DNA of 64,000 nt from positions 62,001 to 126,000 of IMG/VR virus record IMGVR_UViG_3300047994_000374. One strand, 5' to 3'. Of this stretch, positions 29,160 through 37,371 are shown piece after piece. Below the pieces are notes generated by a model that saw nothing but the letters and a program-made list of their open reading frames with translations, was not told the DNA's origin and did no database searches. The translations under genes were made by a program, and so were the position numbers. Numbering within the stretch: the stretch's first letter is position 1; each line of letters opens with the position of its first letter.

Positions 29160-29400
29160 TTTCAATCCTCCGAATGAAAGCGAGCGAAACAGTTTTCCCA
29201 ACCTTGCCAGTAATTGGCTTCGTAGTCCCCGTTATCGTCAGGAAACCGCGGCTCAACGCCATCAAGGCAATCGGTGTAACCTTGGTTGTATGCTTCGCGA
29301 TTCATCTTGACGGTTTTCATGATGGTATTCCTTTTGAGAGGGGAGGGAAAAAGAAACCGGGTAACTACCTTGAACTTTTATAAGAAATGGGATGAGCCGA

Positions 29401-29562
29401 TCAATAGCCTAACCAAGCCAGAAACTCACTCGCCTCATACTACTCATGATCCCCCATCTCACAAAGAAACTCCGCCATGTCGCAACAATGGTCCTTGATC
29501 TCTTTCATGGCGCGGGTCTTTGAGATGCGAAGGTCTTTGGCTGATTCGGAGTAGGTGGGCAT
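29401..29562 (-). pseudogene. Small gene with internal TAG (MPTYSESAK...GDHE*YEASEFLAWLGY*)
   Basis: ATG 29562 is 24 nt from a box; the frame continues plausibly past the TAG at 29440-29442. Confidence 0.45.
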
Positions 29563-29769
29563 AATAATAGGGCTAAAGAATAAGGAATGGGATAAGGACA
29601 ACATAAGATAACCTCCGCTTCGTTCACCCAATAGAGAATAATAGAGTGAAATGTAGGTAAGGAGGGGATAAAGGGATTGGAGCTGAATAAGAATTGTAAA
29701 TGATTGTAAAGTTTTATTATAGTTTTTTATATTGTAAATGATTGTAAATAAGTTATTATATTGTTTGAA

Positions 29770-29805
29770 TGGTATGTATAATGCTTTATTGCATGGGGTG
29801 TGCCA
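29770..29805 (-). promoter_or_regulatory. Outermost face-to-face sigma54-type elements
   Basis: Minus TGGCACACCCCATGCA; plus TGGTATGTATAATGCT. Confidence 0.7.
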
Positions 29806-29862
29806 GGCGGGAAAACTGGGGCAGATTGTCATGCGCGGCAGAGATAAGGCTCCCAAATCGAC

Positions 29863-29976
29863 TTAAAATCATAAAAACAAACTAATAAACTAAATTAAAA
29901 TCATAAAAACAAACTAATAAACTAAATTAAAATCATAAAAACAAACTATATTCTAAACTAATAAACTATATTCTAA
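29863..29976. repeat. Tandem repeats: 32-bp unit x2.7 plus a 14-bp direct repeat x2
   Basis: TTAAAATCATAAAAACAAACTAATAAACTAAA at 29863, 29895, partial 29927; AAACTATATTCTAA at 29943 and 29963. Confidence 0.9.
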
Positions 29977-30000
29977 CTTAAAACCAATCAACTCAAAATA

Positions 30001-30033
30001 CTACTACTACTACTACTACTATTATTATTATTA
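30001..30033 (-). repeat. (CTA)7(TTA)4 microsatellite, reading as TAAx4 TAGx7 in frame with the upstream CDS
   Basis: Read directly from the sequence. Confidence 0.9.
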
Positions 30034-30360
30034 AAGAAAAGCATCCATACTAATAACCCTCTTTAAAAGCTTTAACCCTTCCTCTGGATCATATTGTTTA
30101 TTCTCTTCTTTATAAACCAAATTATAGAGCTTATAAACAACTATCTCACTTACGCCCTTATACTCCCAATAAATTACTTCCCAACGAACCTTTATTTTAT
30201 TATCCTCTTTATCCTCAATAACAATGTTAATTTCAAACTTATCACTATATTTATCTGCATAGGGATAATAGTAAAAAGCATGGGTTTTATTTTTATGAAC
30301 CCCTATACATTTCATCTCCCTTACTTCTACTGAATACTTACCACACACTGGACATTTCAT
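30031..30360 (-). CDS. Zn-finger/xxFL array protein
   Basis: MKCPVC...C...H; ends MDAFL. Confidence 0.8.
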   Translation of the reverse strand: MKCPVCGKYSVEVREMKCIGVHKNKTHAFYYYPYADKYSDKFEINIVIEDKEDNKIKVRWEVIYWEYKGVSEIVVYKLYNLVYKEENKQYDPEEGLKLLKRVISMDAFL

Positions 30361-30612
30361 TTGATTTATACCTGGTTATTCTTTCTATATTGGGGCTTAA
30401 ATAAATCGACAATGGGAGTGAAAATAAATAGAGAAATCTACTAATAAAGTTGGATATTTTTGATTAATATTTGTGTTATTATTTGATTGTTTTAAAGCCT
30501 ATTTATTATATTTATTTGGCGGGAATTAGAAAAATAAGCTTACTTTGATGTTTGGGTCCGAAAGGCGAAAACATTATGAGCCGATTTAAAAAGACAAAGT
30601 TGGATATAGGGC

Positions 30613-30924
30613 TCAAATAAACCCCTGCAACCTAACCACACGATTCAACAGAATGTATGCTTCTTTGGGTGTATAGAATTTTTTGTCATGATAGAGCGTT
30701 CTCCCCGCATGAAGCACATCAATTTGTGTCGCATAAGTGTTTATTCTTTTTGGCTCGCTGTCAAAAGAATAAGAAGTTAACATTTGAAACTGAACGATAC
30801 CGCTGCTATTTTCTAAATGATAACGAATCCACATTGAATCTCCAACGCGTTCAAAATAATATGGAGCATGTCGACATATTTTATTATCCATAACCACCGC
30901 TTGATCGCAAATTGGACAATTCAT
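30613..30924 (-). CDS. Zn-finger/xxFL array protein
   Basis: MNCPIC; ends LQGFI. Confidence 0.8.
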   Translation of the reverse strand: MNCPICDQAVVMDNKICRHAPYYFERVGDSMWIRYHLENSSGIVQFQMLTSYSFDSEPKRINTYATQIDVLHAGRTLYHDKKFYTPKEAYILLNRVVRLQGFI

Positions 30925-31265
30925 AAAAAGGACCTTAATTTATCCACCTTAGATAAGAGCTGAATAGCCTCTTCATGGGCATATACATTGGCATCAGTAT
31001 AAATAATCTCCTGCCCATCAATAACTCGATCATCCAGAAGATAAATGATACTTACCCACCCGGAACTACTATCTATTCGGTTGGACTTTAATGGATGAGC
31101 CCCTGCTTCGAACCTATATTTATTATTTGAGCCGGCATTTTCAAAAAACCAAATGGTATATCCGAGTTCCAAATAATCATAGAAAAGATGCGATGGACCT
31201 GCTTCCTCACATCGCCAGCCCGAGTAAGTCTTGAAGCACGGATCATAACAAATTGGGCAGTTCAT
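30921..31265 (-). CDS. Zn-finger/xxFL array protein
   Basis: MNCPIC; ends LRSFL. Confidence 0.8.
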   Translation of the reverse strand: MNCPICYDPCFKTYSGWRCEEAGPSHLFYDYLELGYTIWFFENAGSNNKYRFEAGAHPLKSNRIDSSSGWVSIIYLLDDRVIDGQEIIYTDANVYAHEEAIQLLSKVDKLRSFL

Positions 31266-31297
31266 AAGAAAATCTGTAATTTAATCATTATTGTTAT

Positions 31298-31603
31298 TTA
31301 TGTGAAGCTATGCAATTTAATAAAACGATTCAGAAGTATTAACGCTTGAACCGGATCCCTTTTATTTCCTTGGTCTTCATAAATAAGTGTTTTAACTCCG
31401 AGGGAAAGATCACTACTACATTCTATTTTTGTCCTTGAATAAGGGGGAATGGGAACATCAATTGTGATAATGCTGTTATTCCCAATGATTTTAGAAATTA
31501 CAAAAGAATAACTGTAAAGATAAAATCCTCCGTCATCATGAAGGCAAGTCTTATGCCTTGTTATTATTTTTAAGCAAAACGGGCATATCATCGGCGGATT
31601 CAT
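31298..31603 (-). CDS. Zn-finger/xxFL array protein
   Basis: CPFC; ends LHSFT. Confidence 0.8.
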   Translation of the reverse strand: MNPPMICPFCLKIITRHKTCLHDDGGFYLYSYSFVISKIIGNNSIITIDVPIPPYSRTKIECSSDLSLGVKTLIYEDQGNKRDPVQALILLNRFIKLHSFT

Positions 31604-31923
31604 AGGAGCGCCTGCATCTTCATAAATCTCTTTAAAAGAGCAAAGCTTTCGGGAACACTATGGTGACAATTATCTTTATAAATCCAATCGGACCCAGCTT
31701 TATTCTTAATTCTAGTTCCATTGAATTCGCACTCAAGCCTCCAATAATGTTCTCGCGACGATTCTATAGACTTTTGAAAGAACAAAAATACTTGAATGGA
31801 ATAATAAGTTGAATTACAACTTTTATAAAGGTCTGTTCTATGATTATATTCTATGGTTTGTCCCTGGCAAATACTTCCTATGCTTTTTTTCTCCATCTCT
31901 TTACCACAAACAGGACAGTTCAT
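31600..31923 (-). CDS. Zn-finger/xxFL array protein
   Basis: MNCPVC; ends MQALL. Confidence 0.8.
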   Translation of the reverse strand: MNCPVCGKEMEKKSIGSICQGQTIEYNHRTDLYKSCNSTYYSIQVFLFFQKSIESSREHYWRLECEFNGTRIKNKAGSDWIYKDNCHHSVPESFALLKRFMKMQALL

Positions 31924-32246
31924 AGGAACGCCTTTATATTTATGAGCTTATAAATAAATGGGAGAAGCGCGGCATCTGCTTCTCGAAACCTATCTTCTTC
32001 ATAGATTGTTTTCCCTACAGTAAATCTATCATTATTATCGAAGGGCGGCATTAACTGACTTAAGTAGCCTCCAGAGCCGCGAGGATCGCACCAACTATGC
32101 CATCTTACGTTTTCTTTAAGGATGGCGAGCGTGAATTCAACGAGCCCGTGTTGGAAAAGATGATCCTGCTCATGGCAATGAAAACGTGTAACAATTTTCG
32201 ATTTGCTTTCGTTTTTTAGGATTTTATTACAGAAGGGACAGTTCAT
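31920..32246 (-). CDS. Zn-finger/xxFL array protein
   Basis: MNCPFC; ends IKAFL. Confidence 0.8.
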   Translation of the reverse strand: MNCPFCNKILKNESKSKIVTRFHCHEQDHLFQHGLVEFTLAILKENVRWHSWCDPRGSGGYLSQLMPPFDNNDRFTVGKTIYEEDRFREADAALLPFIYKLINIKAFL

Positions 32247-32316
32247 TTGGGGAATGGGTGGCGGAGATTTAAAATGGGTTGGGGGTGGAATAATTATGGT
32301 GATGATGCTGTAAAAT

Positions 32317-32634
32317 TTATAAGAAAGCTTGCAAGGTAGTAGTAAGTTTTTTTAAGATTTCCATTGCCTTATAACAATCATAATAAGAATCGTTCGCCTG
32401 AAATACAATTGTATGATCGGATTTATAAGTTCCTATATGAAAACGAAAAGCTCCAGAATCATAAATGTCCATGAAAATTTTATATGCGTTGGGCAAGTAA
32501 ATTGAATAGGTCGTGTCATTATAAAAATAAAAATTATGCCCTTTATTGATATTTTTTATACACATATATTTAGCGGCTGTCCCGATAATATTTTGTTTAG
32601 CAATTAATAGTTTATTGCAGACCGGGCAATTCAT
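32317..32634 (-). CDS. Zn-finger/xxFL array protein
   Basis: MNCPVC; ends LQAFL. Confidence 0.8.
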   Translation of the reverse strand: MNCPVCNKLLIAKQNIIGTAAKYMCIKNINKGHNFYFYNDTTYSIYLPNAYKIFMDIYDSGAFRFHIGTYKSDHTIVFQANDSYYDCYKAMEILKKLTTTLQAFL

Positions 32635-32942
32635 AAGAAAGCTCCAAGCTTTTTTACTCGTTTTATAAAGTCATAAGACTGTTGGTATGGAACATGATCT
32701 TGGCTGTTAAAAACAAGATTTCCGTCGGCCATAACTTGTGTGGATTCCCGGGTAAATGACCACTTTTCTATTTTATTAATAGGTCTATAAAAAATAATAC
32801 GATAAGAATTGGGCTCGTCGGATGAAACAAATGTGGGCCAAATTGTAACATCATGTCCAGTAATACCACCACTGTAATTTAAACATCGAATGATTAATGG
32901 ATCATATGCTAATTTTTGATTGCAAATAATACACTTATTCAT
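32631..32942 (-). CDS. Zn-finger/xxFL array protein
   Basis: CIIC; ends LGAFL. Confidence 0.8.
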   Translation of the reverse strand: MNKCIICNQKLAYDPLIIRCLNYSGGITGHDVTIWPTFVSSDEPNSYRIIFYRPINKIEKWSFTRESTQVMADGNLVFNSQDHVPYQQSYDFIKRVKKLGAFL

Positions 32943-33214
32943 AAAAATCCTTTTAATTTTGCAAAACGATCAATGTAGGACATGATTTGATCAAGTGGAA
33001 TGAAATCGTTCTTTATTGTAATTATTTCGGAACTGTTATCCCCGTAGGACATCTTTGTGTCAGATTTATAATCGGATGTAATAAAATAACAACCACATAA
33101 TCTCAAATCATAGCCCTCTGGATCCATATAAACTGTGTGATTAAACACATTCCATCTACAAATAAAAAATTCTTCTTCTTTAATTAAAGGTTTATAACAG
33201 ATTGGGCAATTCAT
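32939..33214 (-). CDS. Zn-finger/xxFL array protein
   Basis: MNCPIC; ends LKGFL. Confidence 0.8.
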   Translation of the reverse strand: MNCPICYKPLIKEEEFFICRWNVFNHTVYMDPEGYDLRLCGCYFITSDYKSDTKMSYGDNSSEIITIKNDFIPLDQIMSYIDRFAKLKGFL

Positions 33215-33537
33215 AAGAAAGCCCTTAACTTCATCATCCTCTCAACAAATGCCATGGAATCTGTTAATGGAACAAACATATTAAAATCTTGATGTGTTGT
33301 GCATTGTCCAATGTTATATGTAAACGATGTATATCCTGATGGGTGATTGTTATCTTTGAATGAGTAAAATGAAATGGAGTTTGAAATACCTGTCGATTTC
33401 TGAGTTTGAATAATGTAATCATCCTCTTGATAATAAGTAAAAAAATGTCGAATGGGACCGCCCTCACAACGAGTGGTTTTCAATCGATCGGTCATTAGCG
33501 GGAGGTGGCAAACGGGACAATTTATTTGCTTGCTCAT
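33211..33537 (-). CDS. Zn-finger/xxFL array protein
   Basis: CPVC; ends LRAFL. Confidence 0.8.
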   Translation of the reverse strand: MSKQINCPVCHLPLMTDRLKTTRCEGGPIRHFFTYYQEDDYIIQTQKSTGISNSISFYSFKDNNHPSGYTSFTYNIGQCTTHQDFNMFVPLTDSMAFVERMMKLRAFL

Positions 33538-33845
33538 AGAAATCCTTGCAATTTGATAATTCTTTCAAATAATTTCATACCTTCTTGAATATCATAATTG
33601 ACGTCAGTTTTATAAATTTGATCCAACCACCAGTCAGCGGCTTCGTCCTTAATATAAATTATAGTTGGCATATTTATTGGTCTTGGAGGATTAGGGGCAA
33701 TGGAAATAAATCGATATCCCTTTTGCTCAATGGAATAGGAGTGATCATTAAATATCTCAAAACAATGGTCATTTCGAAAGCATTGAAATATTCGATGCAA
33801 ATCAAAAGTATTATTATTTCCTGAATTACATACAGGACACTTCAT
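33534..33845 (-). CDS. Zn-finger/xxFL array protein
   Basis: MKCPVC; ends LQGFL. Confidence 0.8.
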   Translation of the reverse strand: MKCPVCNSGNNNTFDLHRIFQCFRNDHCFEIFNDHSYSIEQKGYRFISIAPNPPRPINMPTIIYIKDEAADWWLDQIYKTDVNYDIQEGMKLFERIIKLQGFL

Positions 33846-34150
33846 AGGAAGGATTGCAATTTCGCCATACGCTTGAGAAGGGTATGGGCTTCTTTAAGAG
33901 AACGCAATTGGTTATCCGTATAAATCGTTTTGGGGCGATTTCCATTCAGAGTATAGGTATATATCTCTGTTCGAATCGATTCTTCCTTTATTAGCTTTGT
34001 ATGCCCTGAAATCATAGTTAGTGTTGCATGGTCTCTTAAAATATAAAAGTGATCGGAATAATAACATGTGGAATGATCAGAATTATAGCATGTCCACTTG
34101 GTTTCGGTAAGTCGTTGTACGAGATTTTTATTGCAAAATGGACAGTTCAT
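33842..34150 (-). CDS. Zn-finger/xxFL array protein
   Basis: MNCPFC; ends LQSFL. Confidence 0.8.
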   Translation of the reverse strand: MNCPFCNKNLVQRLTETKWTCYNSDHSTCYYSDHFYILRDHATLTMISGHTKLIKEESIRTEIYTYTLNGNRPKTIYTDNQLRSLKEAHTLLKRMAKLQSFL

Positions 34151-34162
34151 TGGGCTTATCGT

Positions 34163-34571
34163 TCATAGGAACCCTTTTATGTTATTTATTCTATTCAAGA
34201 AATCATTTACTTCTTCGGGTGGAGTATATTTTTTGACACTAACTATTTCATATTTCATATTTCATATAATATTTATTTTTATCTTCATTTTCACCATAAA
34301 CTTTTGTTATTGGACCATTATAGTTAATATATTTTGGATTATCAAAAGATACTATTCCGACGGAACTGTAAATTTTAAATGTTTTGCGAGTTGGCCATAA
34401 ATTATAATATCTAATATTTTTATCTAAATTCATCCAAACTTCAAAAAGATGCTCGCTCACATTGGAAAGATGTGGAAATAATAATCTATCTTTTTGGGCA
34501 AAAGAACAGGAGAGAAATCTTGCAGGATCTCCTTTTGTTTCATGCTTACAAATGGGACAAAGTATTTTCAT
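34163..34571 (-). pseudogene. Zn-finger/xxFL array member with frameshift
   Basis: CPIC start; the family C-terminus ...NRINNIKGFL* (stop 34163-34165) lies in another frame. Confidence 0.65.
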
Positions 34572-34852
34572 AGAAAGCTTCTTAATTTCATGAACCGTTC
34601 AATATGGGACTTGATTTCAGTAATGGGAATAAATTCTTTTGTATAAATAGGATCGGTTCCAGGATTGTGATATACATCGACGTTATAAAATGACGTAATT
34701 GGGATATCAGCATTTTTATCAAAAGCATCAATTGTAAGAATAATACTTTCAATTATAATTCGATAACCATCCTTATAAACTTCAACGTCATGTCCGTTTG
34801 TTTGATGGATATTTTTCTTATTAAATTTTTGATTGCAAATAGGACATTTCAT
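34568..34852 (-). CDS. Zn-finger/xxFL array protein
   Basis: MKCPIC; ends LRSFL. Confidence 0.8.
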   Translation of the reverse strand: MKCPICNQKFNKKNIHQTNGHDVEVYKDGYRIIIESIILTIDAFDKNADIPITSFYNVDVYHNPGTDPIYTKEFIPITEIKSHIERFMKLRSFL

Positions 34853-35160
34853 AAGAGCGCTTTCATATTGATTAATCGTTTAAGAAGAATATACCCGTCT
34901 TTAGGATGAGGAGTGTTATCATCTTGGTAAATAAGATTCTTTTCATCATAAACATATGTATTTTGACTGGCTTCACTAATAACGGTTTCAAACTTATATT
35001 GATGAGCGGTATATGGAACTTTGCCAGATTCTTCCTTAAAAAGCCAAATGGTATAGCCTAACCCTTCATAATCGATAAACAAATGATCATCAGTGGAGTG
35101 ACATTTAAATTGAATACTGGAATCCGAAGTGCTTTGATTGCATACCGGACAGAACATCAT
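34849..35160 (-). CDS. Zn-finger/xxFL array protein
   Basis: CPVC; ends MKALL. Confidence 0.8.
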   Translation of the reverse strand: MMFCPVCNQSTSDSSIQFKCHSTDDHLFIDYEGLGYTIWLFKEESGKVPYTAHQYKFETVISEASQNTYVYDEKNLIYQDDNTPHPKDGYILLKRLINMKALL

Positions 35161-35537
35161 AAGAAAGCCTGCAATTTCATAATTCCTTTAAATCGCTCTA
35201 TTGTTTCTTTATTTAATTTTTGAAAGGGTAATTCGCACACAAACTCACGCTCGTAACCAAACAAAAGTCCCCAACCACTATCATCATCCAATAATTTACT
35301 TACTTTAATACAGTTTTCTTTTTTATTCCCTTCAAAACGAAACATTTCTTTTTCATAAAACTCCACCGTATAATCATCTTCTTGATGGAGCGTAACAGCC
35401 GATTGAAGCGCATCGTATGGGACTGCTGTTGAAAATTCCTTCCAATAACGAATAGAGTGTGATTTATTTTTATCACACTCCACGCTATCTTCGAACAATG
35501 AAACTTGTAGAGGCGCATTGCATATAGGACAATTCAT
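35157..35537 (-). CDS. Zn-finger/xxFL array protein
   Basis: MNCPIC; ends LQAFL. Confidence 0.8.
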   Translation of the reverse strand: MNCPICNAPLQVSLFEDSVECDKNKSHSIRYWKEFSTAVPYDALQSAVTLHQEDDYTVEFYEKEMFRFEGNKKENCIKVSKLLDDDSGWGLLFGYEREFVCELPFQKLNKETIERFKGIMKLQAFL

Positions 35538-35848
35538 AGAAAAGTTCTTAATTTAATTATCCTTTTAAGAAATTTAACGGCATTATCATCAGGTGGCATA
35601 TAAACTTTACCCTCATAAACTAATGAAGTTATAGAAAGCTCTGGCGTATGAATTTCTGTAGCTTGTCGCGCGGATGATTTATAAGAATAAAGAATATATC
35701 TAATATTATTTTCAAATAATCTAATTTCATATCCAGTCTGGTCTTGATATTTATAAGAAAATGGTTGAAATTGATGACCATCCGCTATACAATTATCATA
35801 AGGATAAAGTGCCGCTTTTTGGCAAATGGGACATGCAGCATAACTCAT
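35534..35848 (-). CDS. Zn-finger/xxFL array protein
   Basis: CPIC; ends LRTFL. Confidence 0.8.
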   Translation of the reverse strand: MSYAACPICQKAALYPYDNCIADGHQFQPFSYKYQDQTGYEIRLFENNIRYILYSYKSSARQATEIHTPELSITSLVYEGKVYMPPDDNAVKFLKRIIKLRTFL

Positions 35849-36160
35849 AAGAATGCCTTAAGATTTAAAATTTTATAAACGAATGGCATAAGCGTATGAT
35901 CGGGGGGGTCTTGAGATGGCGTCTGTATAAAAGTGACCCCAATCAATAGCTGATGACTCTCCATGATTCACCCCCGTTTCTATTGTGAATTTGCCGTGAT
36001 CTGATCGAATATAAATCTTTAGACCGTTTTCTTTATTTTTGATATAAACCACATAATCATATAGACGATCTATTGGAGGGCTATAAAATGCATGCTCATC
36101 TTCAATAAAACAAGTATCTTGCTCTTTTATAATTTTTTTACGGCAGACTGGGCATTTCAT
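35845..36160 (-). pseudogene. Zn-finger/xxFL array member frameshifted near a C7 tract
   Basis: MKCPVC; ...YKILNLKAFL* in a shifted frame; G7 at 35902-35908 on plus. Confidence 0.65.
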
Positions 36161-36483
36161 AAAAAAGCCCTTATGTTATATAATTTCTGAATGATGTTTG
36201 GTAAATTTTCATCCCAAGGTAGTGGTTCGGACTCATGAATTAATTTTTTGTTGGCTTGAGAGTATCTTATTTTGTGATAGATTTCTGTTTTTTGATTATG
36301 TCCGTATTTACCAATAATAAGATAATCACTAAATTTCAAATTGACTTGATATTTCTCAATGCGTTTGTCATAGGGATCAAGTTGAATGAATGTAGTATGA
36401 TCATTTTTAATGCATTGAAAATAAGAAGATCGATTTGTGGCTCGATATTCTGGCAATTCAATTTGACAAACAATACATTTCAT
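36157..36483 (-). CDS. Zn-finger/xxFL array protein
   Basis: MKCIVC; ends IRAFL. Confidence 0.8.
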   Translation of the reverse strand: MKCIVCQIELPEYRATNRSSYFQCIKNDHTTFIQLDPYDKRIEKYQVNLKFSDYLIIGKYGHNQKTEIYHKIRYSQANKKLIHESEPLPWDENLPNIIQKLYNIRAFL

Positions 36484-36761
36484 AAGAATGCTTTCAATTT
36501 TAAATATTTTTCAATGTGTGGCTTTATCTCTTCAATTGGAATGAATGGCGTTTCTTTAAAAGCCTTTACACTTGTGCTATTACCATTGTGAAAAGAGACT
36601 CTTGACAGCCCTTCTACTTTTGAAGTATAGGCATCCATTACCAATAAATTTGAAATACATAAACGATATCCATTGCCAAATACCGTAAAGCAATGTTCTG
36701 CATCTTTACATTCATCGTATCTTGGATACTCAAATTCTTTATCACAATAGGGGCACTTCAT
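36480..36761 (-). CDS. Zn-finger/xxFL array protein
   Basis: MKCPYC; ends LKAFL. Confidence 0.8.
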   Translation of the reverse strand: MKCPYCDKEFEYPRYDECKDAEHCFTVFGNGYRLCISNLLVMDAYTSKVEGLSRVSFHNGNSTSVKAFKETPFIPIEEIKPHIEKYLKLKAFL

Positions 36762-37066
36762 AAGAATGCCTTTATTCCAATCATTTTTCTAATAAATACA
36801 GGAGCTTGTTCAGTCGTAATTTCTTTTAATTGAGAACTTCTTGCGTCCCATCCTATTATAATTTTTCCATTATAACTACTTGGAAATGTTGCAGCATCAT
36901 GCTCACTTAGAATAATACTATATGGAAAGTAATGGTCCAATACATATTGTTTGTTATCAATCGAAAGCATTAATTTATAATTTTGAAGTCCGTAATAAGC
37001 AAAATTATGATCGCTTTGATGACATATAAAATTACCATCATTTGCATTACATTCTGGGCAATTCAT
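36758..37066 (-). CDS. Zn-finger/xxFL array protein
   Basis: MNCPEC; ends IKAFL. Confidence 0.8.
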   Translation of the reverse strand: MNCPECNANDGNFICHQSDHNFAYYGLQNYKLMLSIDNKQYVLDHYFPYSIILSEHDAATFPSSYNGKIIIGWDARSSQLKEITTEQAPVFIRKMIGIKAFL

Positions 37067-37371
37067 AGGAAGGCGGCAATCTTTGTTAGTTTGTCCGTTA
37101 ATCTTGGTAAATCACGAATGGGCACCATATAACTATTATAAATCAAATTTTCATTTTCATCTCTCACTTCTAAATAATTCTTAACTTGATTGGCGGTAAT
37201 ACGAAAAATAATATTGTAAGAATTATCAAGTTTTTTGAATGTATAGGATCCATCCTCCCAAACATAAAATTCATGCCCCTTTCCACTGCAGTTATGGATT
37301 GATATTTGTTTATTGTTACCTATAGTCGATAGCCCTTCAGACATAAGTCCATTACAAAATACGCAGTTCAT
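37063..37371 (-). CDS. Zn-finger/xxFL array protein
   Basis: MNCVFC; ends IAAFL. Confidence 0.8.
   Translation of the reverse strand: MNCVFCNGLMSEGLSTIGNNKQISIHNCSGKGHEFYVWEDGSYTFKKLDNSYNIIFRITANQVKNYLEVRDENENLIYNSYMVPIRDLPRLTDKLTKIAAFL

Noticed and set aside
588-29498. Plus-strand ORFs of 60-160 aa in the early region
   Set aside because: They are antisense shadows of tightly tiled minus-strand genes, with no motifs or start signals.
29401-29562. TAG recoding (genetic code 15), suggested by phage RF2 and an internal TAG in this small gene
   Set aside because: Single case. Long core and structural ORFs contain no in-frame TAG, TAGs at 4987 and 28608 behave as real stops, and no suppressor tRNA is seen in the window.
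850-29600. Integron attC cassette array or Chi/KOPS-like strand-polar motif as the explanation of the TTCCCATT box
   Set aside because: No RYYYAAC/GTTRRRY imperfect palindromes and no integrase. The motif is spaced relative to ATG and flips with gene direction at 42791.
29440-29856. 138-aa ORF from the track
   Set aside because: It spans the promoter and a low-complexity skewed tract; only the part from ATG 29562 has start signals.
29863-29976. CRISPR array
   Set aside because: The repeats are directly tandem with no spacers, and no cas genes are present.
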